Assembly: GCA_965198225.1 (NCBI GenBank) | Contig: CBDAOY010000005.1 | Location: forward strand, 576,001 to 640,000 | From: Terriglobia bacterium | GTDB lineage: Bacteria; Acidobacteriota; Terriglobia; 20CM-2-55-15 | Reading direction: 5' to 3' | Length of the DNA stretch: 64,000 nucleotides | Part shown: in pieces, positions 11,039 through 20,825 of the stretch | Layout: every line of letters starts with the position of its first letter | Position numbering within the stretch: position 1 is the first letter of the stretch | Position numbers and translations under genes: made by a program | Notes under the pieces: model-generated | Seen by the model: only the letters and a program-made list of their open reading frames with translations | Told to the model about the DNA's origin: nothing | Database searches by the model: none

Positions 11039-11714
11039 TTCTTATTCCTCTTGTTCTTCGGCCATCGGCACCGCACCACCAGGTGCCGCCGGACCAGGAA
11101 TGGGTAGTTTCGTGGCCGACGTCGGCACTGGCGACGTTCCGCCTCTCAGGCCAAATACTGCGAGCTACGCTTCGTAGCAACGCAAGGCCCATCACGACCG
11201 TCTGAAAACACTGGGGCTATGCCAACTGTCTGAAAGTTATACTGCATCGCTCGGTCGGCTTATGACAAGTTTTTCCTCACCGCTCCAAGTCTCGAGAAGT
11301 CGTTTGCGTTGATTGGAGGTGCCGTGACGGGAGAGATTCTGCAGGAACTCGCAAATCGGCCTCTGCAGAGGCAATTTCGGTTGCCTTAGATTAGTACCGT
11401 TTTCACGGTCGACACGTAGAGCGATCAGGCGTTCCATGGTCTCAATCGTCAAACACCACTTTTGACAATAACTCCCTTCACTCTTCGACGATGTAGTCCC
11501 TGAAATCCCAACGTCGCTTGACTCCACTCTGTTCTCTTAGGGGCCGCCTTGGCTTGAAACCCAACTATGAAACTGTCCACCAAAACGGGTCAACTCCATT
11601 ATCCCAAATTGGGCCGCCTTTTCTCGCCCTTTTGCTGATCTATGCGGGCTAGGACCGTCACACTCGGCCCTGGGAACCCTGAAGCCTTTTCGTCGTCCAA
11701 CCACGATCGAAGTA

Positions 11715-12264
11715 GGGGTTTGAGCCGCAACGGTGTGAAAAATTACTCTAAGGGTCCGTGTGTGACCTTCCTGGAGTAACTCTCGGCACCGCTTCCGCTG
11801 CTACGAAGCGCCCGTTCTTCGGGGCTTGGGCCTCGGGAACGACTGCCCAGTCATGGCCAAAACGTATAGATTATGGCCATGCCGGAATCGACCCCGAGAA
11901 GGCCCGGAAAACCTGGCCAAAATAGAGACGCGCGCAATGAGGTTTTTGGCCACCCCGAAAGCCAGGTCGGCCCACTCCCTCGCGTCGGTCTCTACGCCCG
12001 CGTCTCGACGCCGCATCAGCACACGATCGGGATGCAGCTGCGGCAGCCGCGAGAGTTCCTGGAACGCCGCCCTCGCATGGAACACCGTCCAGATCGGGGT
12101 CCTGATCAATGGACGCAAGGTGCGCGGCGAAGCCGTCTCTCGTAAGACGTTCGCGCGGGTCTCACCGCTCGTCCACCGCCACATCATCCCCAGCGGAACT
12201 TACCGATTTCGGGACCAACGGTCTCGCTTAGAGTAATTTTTCACACCGTTGCGGCTCACGCCCC
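11715..12264 (+). mobile_element. 550-bp non-autonomous Tn3-family mini-element
   Basis: 38-bp GGGG...TAAG inverted repeats at 11715-11752 and 12227-12264 (36/38). Flanks are AAGTA/AAGTT. Inside are a res-like site, a resolvase start (VGLYARVST) and a TnpA tail (VSPLVHRHIIPSGTYRF). Confidence 0.85.
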
Positions 12265-14231
12265 AAGTTGAGCAGATTCAGTTGGTTCTTTCGTCCCGAG
12301 GACAAGAGAGGAGACGGGTCGGGGAGCAGGTCCGCCAGCTGCAGCAACAACCGCAGCACGAGTTGGAGGATGCCGAGTTCCTCGACCTACTGCAGGCCAG
12401 GAGTCTGAAGCTACAGAACAAGGTGTCCGAGATTGCCAAACACGTCCAATTCGATGGCGGCAGTGAACTGATGACCGCAATTGACCACTTCCGCGAGAAA
12501 AACGGCGTCATCGGCCAAAGTGCCCCACGCGAGTTCCTCACGGATGACGAACAGCGTGCCGTTCTCGGCGAATCGGGCCAGCTGCGAATCTCGCTCTACA
12601 AGGCTTTACTGTTCCTCAAGATGGCGGACGCCATAAAGGCGGGTGCCCTGAACGTGCCCGGCTCACACCGGTACCGCTCGCTTGATGATTACCTGATTTC
12701 TACTCAACGATGGCGCATCGAGTCTGATGCCCTGCTTCGCCAAGCCGACCTGTCCGTGGCTGCGGAGTGTGATGTGATGCTCGCAGGACTTTACGAGACC
12801 GTAGACGAACAGTATGAGCGGACGAATCAATCGCTGCTGAGCGGGGAGAACGATCATGTCCAGTTCCGTAAGGATGGTTCGTTTATCGTCTCCACGCCGC
12901 GAAGCGACGCCGAGGAGACCGAGAGGGCGCAGAACGTGTTCCCTGACAAGCGGTATATCTCGCTCCTGGAGGTGTTGGCCACAGTCCAGCGTGTGACCGG
13001 ATTCATCGACGAGTTCCATCACTGGCAGACCCAGTACAATCGGCCCAAGCCACCCGAAAGCACGTTCTTTGCCGGCATCATCGGCTATGGATGCAACATC
13101 GGGCCGCGGAAGATTGCCCGGATTTCCAGCCTCATCAGCGAGTCTGAGTTGGACAACACGGTCAACTGGTATTTCTCGCTCGACAATCTCCACGCTGCTA
13201 ACGATCGGGTGCTGAGGTTCTTGGACCAGCTCCCGTTGCCGAATCTCTATCGCGGAGACCTGCAGCGGCTCCACACTTCGAGCGATGGTCAGAAATACGA
13301 GGTCTCCGTTGATTCATTGAACGCCAACTACTCCTTCAAGTATTTCGGTCAGGGGCGCGGCGTTAGCAGCTACAACTTCATCGACGAGCGGCACTTCCTG
13401 TTCTACTCAACAGTCATCTCATCGTCGGAACGCGAGGCATCCTATGTGATTGATGGTCTGCTGCACAACGAAGTAGTCAAGAGCGATATCCACTCCACCG
13501 ATACCCATGGCTATACGGAGATCTTGTTCGGCGTGATGCACCTGCTGGGATTCACCTACGCTCCACGAATCAAAAATCTCAATGAGCAACGAATCTACGC
13601 GTTCCCAAATCAGCGACGGCGACAGTACCAGGGCCGCGACTATCGCCTCATGCCAGACGCTTACATCAACACGCGGCTCATCCAAGACAACTGGCAGGAC
13701 ATCTTGCGATTTGTGGCTACGATCAAGCTCAAGGTCACAACCGCTTCGCAGCTGTTTAAGCGGCTAAACTCTTACTCCAGGCAACATCCGCTCTACCGAG
13801 GCCTGAAAGAGTTTGGCAAAATCATCAAGTCGGTCTTCGTAGCTCAGTACGTTGACAGCGTCGAACTGCGTCAGTCCATCGAGCGTCAGCTGAACAAGGC
13901 CGAAAGCTCAAACCGCTTCTCACGAGCTGTCTGCTTTGGCAACAGTCAGGAGTTTCTGCAGGGCGAGAAATCCGAGCAAGAGATCGCCGAATCGTGCCGC
14001 CGCCTCATCAAGAACGCCATCATCTGCTGGAACTACCTCTACCTCTCGCAACGAATCCTCGACGAAACGGACAGCGAGCGTCAGCAGTCCCTCGTCGCCG
14101 CCATCCGATCCGGATCGGTCGTTGCCTGGCAGCACATCAACCTGCACGGCGAGTACGATTTCTCGGCCGAGAAGCTGCAAGATTCGGTCGGTTTGGAGGT
14201 GCCCAAAATCCGTCAGCTCGAGGTGGGTTGA
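12265..14231 (+). pseudogene. tnpA: Tn3-family transposase, 5'-truncated
   Basis: SSDGQK, REASYVIDGL, HSTDTHG, LNKAES and WQHINLHGEYDF motifs. About 655 aa against about 1000 aa for a full TnpA. Confidence 0.88.
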
Positions 14232-14339
14232 AACTGGGAGTATGGATTTCGGCGCAAACGCTAGAGGCAACAAAGGTTAACCGTGATCGCTATGACGGAT
14301 TAGGTACCTTTGTTTAATTGCACCCCATAAGGGCCGGCA

Positions 14340-14485
14340 GTCGCGCGTGAGTTGATGGTTTCGACCAGCGCGTGCGGATACTCGTCGCAGTGCTCCTTCT
14401 CGGCGGCCACGGGCATGATCTCCCGCACGACGAACTCGCGAACCATCCGCGCCACCATCTGTTGATCGTCGGTCGGTTCAATCAT
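14340..14485 (-). pseudogene. Acyl-CoA dehydrogenase N-terminal fragment
   Basis: TDDQQMVARMVREFVVREIMPVAAE...EYPHALV, cut off next to the Tn3 remnant. Confidence 0.7.
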
Positions 14486-14515
14486 GGTCACCTCACCGAA
14501 AGACGGCACTGGCCT

Positions 14516-15385
14516 TCAGCCCGATGCCACAAAGGGGTAGGTAAACAATGTCAGGTGCACCAGGTTCAGGCTGAAGTGCACGAGCATGCTGGCCTCGACA
14601 CGCTGCGTGACGTGGTAGGCCGCGCCGTAGCCGATGCCGGCCAGCATGGCCAGGACGGCGTACCGAATGCCCCCGCCCATGTGCGCGAGACCGAATGCGG
14701 CGGCGGCGGCGAACAGCGCCACGAGGCCTGCCGCGGGAACCTTCGCCCTCAACGCTGACGACAGATGTTGCTGCAGGAGCCCGCGGAAGAACGTCTCCTC
14801 GGCGAGGCATGTCACCAGGAGATTCGCCGGCGCCCACAGGATCAGGATTCCCGGCCATTTCGGGTCCCAAGCCACGAACCCCATCGCCAATGCGGGTACG
14901 ACCAACAAGGCGGGCGTGAGGACAGTGGCCGTCGCGGTGGCCGCAGCCGACCGGCCCCACGCCATCCTTCGCTGCGGCTGCACGCACACGGCGTAGAGCA
15001 AGAACCCGGCCAATGCCGTGTCGTAATTCCAATAGAGCGTATACGGTGCCGCCGACGGTGACAGGACCACAGCATCGACGACGCGGACGTTGTGGATCCA
15101 CGGCACTTGATGGGCGGTCAGAGCCGCGGCGACGATCACGAGCACACCCCACGCCAAGGCGCGCACGGTCTTGGACAGCGTCGACCGTTCGGCCGCCAGA
15201 CATGCCCCCGCAAACGCGGCGATGACGATGAGCCCCGCCCATTCGACAATGCTGACAACGACGGCGGCGACGACGGAAAGACCTGCAAGGATCGGCCACC
15301 CCCATCGGACGCGCGAGAACATGGCCATTCCCAATGCCATCCACAGCAGCCAGTACGGGAGGCCGTTCGCCCAGTCGATCGTCAC
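14516..15385 (-). CDS. CPBP/Abi (CAAX) intramembrane metalloprotease
   Basis: EETFFRG, FGLAH and H..LN motifs in a multi-TM protein. Confidence 0.9.
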   Translation of the reverse strand: MTIDWANGLPYWLLWMALGMAMFSRVRWGWPILAGLSVVAAVVVSIVEWAGLIVIAAFAGACLAAERSTLSKTVRALAWGVLVIVAAALTAHQVPWIHNVRVVDAVVLSPSAAPYTLYWNYDTALAGFLLYAVCVQPQRRMAWGRSAAATATATVLTPALLVVPALAMGFVAWDPKWPGILILWAPANLLVTCLAEETFFRGLLQQHLSSALRAKVPAAGLVALFAAAAAFGLAHMGGGIRYAVLAMLAGIGYGAAYHVTQRVEASMLVHFSLNLVHLTLFTYPFVASG

Positions 15386-15680
15386 CGTTCAGTCCCCAAA
15401 CCGTGCCCGCCTTCAGGGCAGCGGCTGCCCGGCATTATGAGCGATTCCGAGTCAACCACGGTCCATCGCACCCGCACCGGAATGTGATCGTACGCACGCC
15501 ACCCGCGCCGAGACGCTGTAGGTCAACCCGTTCCCTGTTAGTGAACGGTCCGGGGAAAAGGCGCTGGATGGGCAGACGAGTCAGGCCTGGGCCGGGCCTG
15601 TTACCTCAACTGTTTAGTGGATCGTCACCGATCCGCTGCTCCTGTGGAGTTTTCCTGAACCTGAAAGAACAGCGGACTGG

Positions 15681-15829
15681 CTGACCAGCTTTCCACGCAC
15701 GATGATACGGCCCTTGGTGAAGCTGACTTCCTCGCGGATTTGCGCGATCTCGTCCCACCCAGCCTTTCGCAGGGCCGGTGTAATGAACTTGGTGCAGATG
15801 TCGCGTTCACTGAGGCTTTTCTTGTTCAT
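15681..15829 (-). pseudogene. hsdR: Type I restriction subunit HsdR N-terminal fragment
   Basis: MNKKSLSERDICTKFITPAL..AGWD...QIREEVSFTKGRIIVRGKLV is an EcoAI-like HsdR start. Confidence 0.8.
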
Positions 15830-15958
15830 CGGCATCCATGTCATCCAGCCCCAGCCAACATCCGTTTTCCCCATGGGGCGGATTGCAACCAGAAAGACTC
15901 GTTCGTTGTAGCGATCCGATTCGAGCTTGCACCGGCCAATTTGCCGCAGCGTGCTCAC

Positions 15959-16351
15959 TCATGCCAGCCAGTCCTCGAATGTCAAATTTTCCACGCGTTC
16001 AAATTCACTTACGTTGTGTGTTATCAAAGTCAGAGAACGGGCCACGGCCTGGCCTGCAATCAACACATCGTAGGAACCTATAGGTGTTCCCCTGGCCTGC
16101 AGTCTTGCGCGGATTTCTGCCGCCCGTTCAGCGTCGCCCTTGGATATCGGAATCACCTCAAATTGCAAGGAGTGGACGTTCTGCAAGTTAGCTGCCACCC
16201 GCTTGCTCTTATACGCACCAAAGCACAACTCGTGATGTACGATCGAAGGCATTCCAAAGTCGGACGGCTGGTAGGTTCGAAGTCGATTGACGAACGTCTG
16301 ATTGCCTTCGAGCAGAGCAATCACGGCGTTCGTGTCGAGAAGGAATTTCAC
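15959..16351 (-). CDS. vapC: VapC PIN-domain toxin
   Basis: LLDTNAVI, GTPIGSYDVLIAGQA and THNVSEF motifs. Confidence 0.93.
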   Translation of the reverse strand: MKFLLDTNAVIALLEGNQTFVNRLRTYQPSDFGMPSIVHHELCFGAYKSKRVAANLQNVHSLQFEVIPISKGDAERAAEIRARLQARGTPIGSYDVLIAGQAVARSLTLITHNVSEFERVENLTFEDWLA

Positions 16352-16602
16352 TCGAAGACGGTCTGTTCTGGACGAGATTGATCGTCGGGCCTCTCCGACA
16401 CGGCCTCAATAAAATCCTCATCAATCGGGCGTGTAATGGTATTCAACCACGCCCAATCCTCTGGCAGGGGCTCGAGGATGACGGTGTCGCCATCTTTTCT
16501 GATCCGAACCTCATTGGATTTGAAGCGAAACTCTTTGGGCAAGCGAACGGCCTGTGAACGGCCTGACATGAATACCTTAGCGGTCTTTCCTATAGTGTCC
16601 AT
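16348..16602 (-). CDS. vapB: VapB antitoxin (AbrB/SpoVT fold)
   Basis: TAKVFMSGRSQAVRLPKEFRF, overlapping vapC by 4 bp. Confidence 0.93.
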   Translation of the reverse strand: MDTIGKTAKVFMSGRSQAVRLPKEFRFKSNEVRIRKDGDTVILEPLPEDWAWLNTITRPIDEDFIEAVSERPDDQSRPEQTVFE

Positions 16603-16654
16603 TGATATATCCTAACGATAGATACCATCTTGGGGTGGTGTAAATCAACCACAT

Positions 16655-16692
16655 GGGGTCACTGCTCCATGGGTCAAAAATTGCACGATAAG
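16655..16692 (+). repeat. Tn3-family 38-bp terminal inverted repeat
   Basis: GGGGTCAC...AAAATTGCACGATAAG, located just beyond the 3' end of a resolvase remnant. Confidence 0.7.
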
Positions 16693-16695
16693 GCG

Positions 16696-16935
16696 TTAAG
16701 GGCGCTTCTCGGTGCGTAGCAAGCGGATCACTGGGGTGCGACTGGCCCAGAGGCGCTTGGTGATTTCCCTCTTACGCAGCCCATCCTTGCGAAGCTGCTT
16801 CATTTCCGGCACGAGCTGTCCATCTGTCATGGGCCGCCCTTTTCTTTGCATATCCCGCATCGCAGAGAGCTGCAAGGCGAGTGTCTTCTGGTCGTGAGTT
16901 GAGAGGCGGGCATAGATCCGCCGCGAAGCGCTTTT
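16696..16935 (-). pseudogene. Serine resolvase remnant, internally deleted
   Basis: IYARLSTHDQKTL.LQL fused to a C-terminal HTH (GLRKREITKRL..SRTPVIRLL). Confidence 0.7.
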
Positions 16936-17027
16936 GCCCCGGCCCAAAAACCCTCCTGAATCTGAGGATAAAGGATCCTGTATTTTCAGTGGTTTGGACA
17001 TGCCATCCAGCCGGTCCAAAAACTATA

Positions 17028-18744
17028 CAGACCGTGTGAAAAGTCGCCATGAAGCTGCCGGTCCCGTCAGTAGTGCGAAATGGAAGCACGACGACGTGAT
17101 GCCGGCGGCTACGCAGGACCTTGGTTCTGTCTCCCTGGTTCGCCGCGGCGATCCTTTTGGCCTCTAGTAGTGCTGGAAGCGGGCGTTTCTGGCGTCAAAG
17201 AAGGGCGAAATTCCCCTTCACGCCGTTGCGGCCGAAATCAAGGCGGGAATTCCTGCGAGGTTGATTGCGCGTCGCATGTTGTAGGCCAAGGCGGTGAGGC
17301 TGAACTCTCCGCGGACATTGCCGAGCCGGCGCGTCAGGAACGCGCCTTGGCCCATCCACTGCTTAATCGAACCGAAGGGATGTTCGACCGACTCCCGGCG
17401 ACGATCCATCACCTCGGGCCGGGCGGCGAGACGGTTCGCCATGCGCTCCATCGTTGCTTCGTTCTCGAAGCGCGTGATGCGCCGATAGGTGTTCTTGGTA
17501 CATCGTTCGCCTAGACCGCAGCCTCTGCATGCGGCGCGGTTGGCGTAACTGACAAGATACGTGCCTGTGCGCGACTTACCCACGCTTCGGCGATACAACG
17601 GCACCAGGCGCTCACCAGCGGGGCACCGGTAGGTGTCCGTGGCGTCGTCGTATTGGAAATCGGACTTCGGAAAGTGGCCACTGCGTCTGGCCGTGCTCCG
17701 GTCGGGCTTCGGAACGTAGGGCGTGATCCCGGCGGCTTCGCAGTCCTCAATGTCTTCGATCTTGTAGTAGCCTCGGTCCGCGACTGCGTCGATCTCGTCG
17801 ACAGCCAAGTTCTCCCGAGCCGCTGTAGCCGTCTCCGCGAGCAGACCCAGGTCCGAGACCTTGCTATGGACCTGCTGTTCGGCGATCAGGTTGTGCTTGG
17901 TGTCGACAGCGATCTGGACGTTGTAGCCCACTCCGACCCGTGTCCCGGAATGCATTGACCGGGAGTCCGGATCCGTAAGCGACAGCTGGGCTTCTCCGGT
18001 ATCGTCCAGCGTCTGCCGATGCCCCTCCAAGGTCTCCTTCCTCTTACGGATCGATGCGATCTTCTCCTGAAGATCCGCCACGGCAGCCGCTCTGCCGCCG
18101 GCATCATCCGCGTCGGCCTCGTTCATCTGGTCAAGGTAGCGGTCGAGTCGGTCGTCGATACGCTGCAGGTCCGTCTTCAGCTTGGCCCGCGTGAAGTTGC
18201 GGTCCCGGTGGTTCACCGCCTTGATGCGCGTGCCGTCCACGGCGATCAACTCCCGCCCGTACAGGTCGAGTTCCCGGCACAACCGCACGAACTGCCGAAA
18301 AACCGCCCGGAACGCATGCCGATTGTCGCGCCGGAAGTCGGCGATCGTCTTGAAGTCGGGCTTCAGCTGGCGTAGCAGCCAGATCGCCTCAAGGTTGCGA
18401 TGCGTCTCTGTCTCCAGCCTGCGGCTCGACCGAATACGATTCAGATACCCATAGATATACAGCTTCAGCAGATCCGCGGGATCGTAGCCCGGACGGCCCT
18501 TGTCGTTGGGCCGAACGCGCTGGAATCCAGTCGCCTCAAGGTCGAGGCCGTCGACGAATGCATCAATGAAACGGACCGGGTTGTCCGGTCCCACGTAGTC
18601 GTCCACAGCATCGGGCAGAAGTAGAAGTTGGGAACGATCTTCACCGGTGATATGCGCCATGACACATTTTACCAACCCCCATGGGGGACCCGAAGCCAGT
18701 TCACCGACTCCCGCCCGGCTGTCGCCGACTTTTCACACAGTCTG
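17028..18744 (-). mobile_element. IS1182-family element, intact, TATA target duplication
   Basis: IRs CAGACCGTGTGAAAAGTC and GACTTTTCACACAGTCTG, with TATA on both flanks. Confidence 0.92.
17218..18660 (-). CDS. IS1182 transposase
   Basis: GRPGYDP, PDFKTIADFR, AVDGTRIKA, ADRGY and VEHPFGSIK motifs. Confidence 0.93.
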   Translation of the reverse strand: MAHITGEDRSQLLLLPDAVDDYVGPDNPVRFIDAFVDGLDLEATGFQRVRPNDKGRPGYDPADLLKLYIYGYLNRIRSSRRLETETHRNLEAIWLLRQLKPDFKTIADFRRDNRHAFRAVFRQFVRLCRELDLYGRELIAVDGTRIKAVNHRDRNFTRAKLKTDLQRIDDRLDRYLDQMNEADADDAGGRAAAVADLQEKIASIRKRKETLEGHRQTLDDTGEAQLSLTDPDSRSMHSGTRVGVGYNVQIAVDTKHNLIAEQQVHSKVSDLGLLAETATAARENLAVDEIDAVADRGYYKIEDIEDCEAAGITPYVPKPDRSTARRSGHFPKSDFQYDDATDTYRCPAGERLVPLYRRSVGKSRTGTYLVSYANRAACRGCGLGERCTKNTYRRITRFENEATMERMANRLAARPEVMDRRRESVEHPFGSIKQWMGQGAFLTRRLGNVRGEFSLTALAYNMRRAINLAGIPALISAATA

Positions 18745-18866
18745 TATAGTTTATTGACCAGCGGGGCCACAATGCCGCGGCAGGAGCGGCAAGAACGGAA
18801 GAGCGCGTTCGATACGGTGCGCATTGTGAGGAGGCGATCGCAGATAGCGTCGGCCTGGTGTAGCCC

Positions 18867-19046
18867 TTACTGGCCGTACAGGATGACGTTGTCCCATTCG
18901 ATCGGACTAACATGCTGCAAGAGCCTCATGTCGATGTCTTCCTCTGCTACCCCAGACCGCTCCCTCTCTGTGATCTCCTTGGCCTGCCAATCGATAATGC
19001 AAGCCAGAATTAACGTCAGGCAGCTGCAGGAGTTCATCTGCTCGTG
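18867..19046 (-). pseudogene. Tn3 transposase C-terminal fragment
   Basis: HEQMNSCSCLTLILACII.WQ...LQHVSPIEWDNVILYGQ. Confidence 0.75.
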
Positions 19047-19069
19047 GAGCGCACAATTGCCGGGATTAA

Positions 19070-19270
19070 CAGTGGCGTACCCTCCAGCCGGTGGAGTTCG
19101 CCACCATGGAGTGGGTTGACTGCTTCAATCACCGCCGGCGACCCGAGCCGATCAGCTGCATTTCCCCGGTTCGTTCGAGTTAAGATGCACTATCGGAATC
19201 AGGCGGCTCTCGCCATGGTGGCGAGAATCCACTAAGACAGTCTCCGGAATAGGTACCCCGGGGCAGTTCC
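19070..19270 (+). mobile_element. IS3-family 3' end remnant
   Basis: VEFATMEWVD.FNHRR fragment and an end resembling GTCTCCGGAA...CCCGGGGCAGTTC. Confidence 0.6.
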
Positions 19271-19307
19271 TGTATCTGCAATTCTGTTTCCTAGCCAAGG
19301 AGGAACA

Positions 19308-19625
19308 ATGGCACGAGTAGGCAAGGGTTCTTTTATCGTTGGACTGGTGATCGCGGCGGCCGGAGGCATAGGCTTTGAACAGGCCTGGTTTGGCTGGGTA
19401 CTCGCAGTGCTCGGTCTGATCGTTGGATTCTTGAATATCAGCGACAAGGAGAGTCAGACCTTCCTCTTGGCGGCGATAGCGCTGATCGTAGCAGCAAACG
19501 CTGTCGGAGCGATCCCCTTCATCGGGGAAGTGGTGACTCGGGTCATCGCGAATCTCGTGCTCTTTCTGGGGGGCGCGGTCCTGGTCGTAGCGGTTAAGAG
19601 TCTGTTCGCGGTCGCGAGAGACTGA
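19308..19625 (+). CDS. Small four-TM hypothetical membrane protein
   Basis: AAGGAGG RBS, hydrophobic helices and an LGLIVGFLNI.DKE...FL.AAIAL motif. Confidence 0.8.
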   Translation: MARVGKGSFIVGLVIAAAGGIGFEQAWFGWVLAVLGLIVGFLNISDKESQTFLLAAIALIVAANAVGAIPFIGEVVTRVIANLVLFLGGAVLVVAVKSLFAVARD

Positions 19626-19859
19626 AGCCGCTCTGACGCCAGCGCCAGCAGGGCCGGAAAGCCTTCTCGCGAAAGAAGTGTTCTTGCCCGTCGCCTTCAG
19701 CGCCGCCATTTGAGCAGCGGTGGCCGGATCATCCATTTGGATTAGTGATTGAACGCCTGCTCCACGTCACGACCGGCCGGTTCCGCAACCTGCTGGTGGT
19801 CGCGACGGTCCTGGCCACCCCTTTGGCGATTGGCTTGAGCCTCGTGGGGGGATTGTTCG

Positions 19860-19878
19860 CCCCCCCCCCCCCCCCCCC
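19860..19878. repeat. C19 homopolymer
   Basis: 19 consecutive C. Confidence 0.9.
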
Positions 19879-20220
19879 GGAGTCCTGATCTATGGCCTGT
19901 TCCCCTACCTATTCCTGGTGGGGATTCCCAGACTGATAGGCAAGGGATGGGAGGTGTGGACCAGGCGTGGCGCCTGAGCCCTCATCGCCGCGCTCGGCCC
20001 TCGGCATGACGGGGAGTCCCTCCCTTCCGTGAATCTAAGCTGTCAGGAAGAGATCTATCACCCGGGACGGCATGGTGTCATTCATCCAAAAAAAGAATTC
20101 TATTCTGACGCGATTCGCCGTCCGTCCCTGACAACAGGCTAGGGTATGCCTCAACTGGACAGAGCAAGATAATGCGGGAAAAAGGGCTGTTGTTGGCCAC
20201 GAGCGGCCATTCGGATGGCT

Positions 20221-20258
20221 CTTAGCGTACGATTTTCTCCGTTTCGTGAGGTGACCCC
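20221..20258 (-). repeat. Tn21/Tn501-like 38-bp terminal inverted repeat
   Basis: Reverse complement reads GGGGTCACCTCACGAAACGGAGAAAATCGTACGCTAAG. Confidence 0.85.
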
Positions 20259-20825
20259 TTCTACAACAAGCGGGGCACGGCGGAGCAATGGATCAAGGAG
20301 GGCAAGCAGGCCACGAACTGGACACGGCTATCCTGCCATCGCTTTCGCGCGAACGAGGTTCGACTCCAGCTCAGTGTCCTGGCTTACAACTTTGGGAATC
20401 TTTGGCGGCGCCTGGTGCTCCCTCGGCGCATCGGCAGTTGGTCCGTGACCAGCGTGCAACAGCGCCTCGTCAAGACCGGCGGCCGCTTGGTGAAACATGC
20501 GCGATACTATTGGCTGCTACTGGCGGAGAGTCACCTGACCCGCTGTCTGTTTGAGGCGATACTCCGACGAATCTGGGTTCTGCCGGTACCGGCAGGCTGA
20601 AGGGTGAACGATTTACCAAAGACCTTGTTGGCGAATCACACACGAGTGGAAACGTGTCGATGAATGCCCCGGAGTCGTCACATCGTGTGGGTCTGATCCT
20701 CGATTCAGAGGGCACTGACGGGGCTTGGGCCGCTGGAAGAACGTATTCATGAAAGATCTGTTCTGCTGTCAGGGTGTCGGAGTATAAGAGTCGTAATCCG
20801 AGGTAGCTAAAATGGAAATCCCGGC
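20259..20825 (+). mobile_element. IS1380-family 3' remnant
   Basis: 20259-20600 encodes FYNKRGTAEQWIKEGK...ANEVRLQL.VLAYN...LVKTGGRLVKHARYY. The right end is approximate. Confidence 0.8.

Noticed and set aside
11237-11600. Short ORF and an IS-end-like sequence
   Set aside because: Too degraded to assign.
14289-14326. Right IR of the 12265-14231 Tn3 transposase
   Set aside because: It ends in CCCC but lacks the TAAG signature, and no partner was found.
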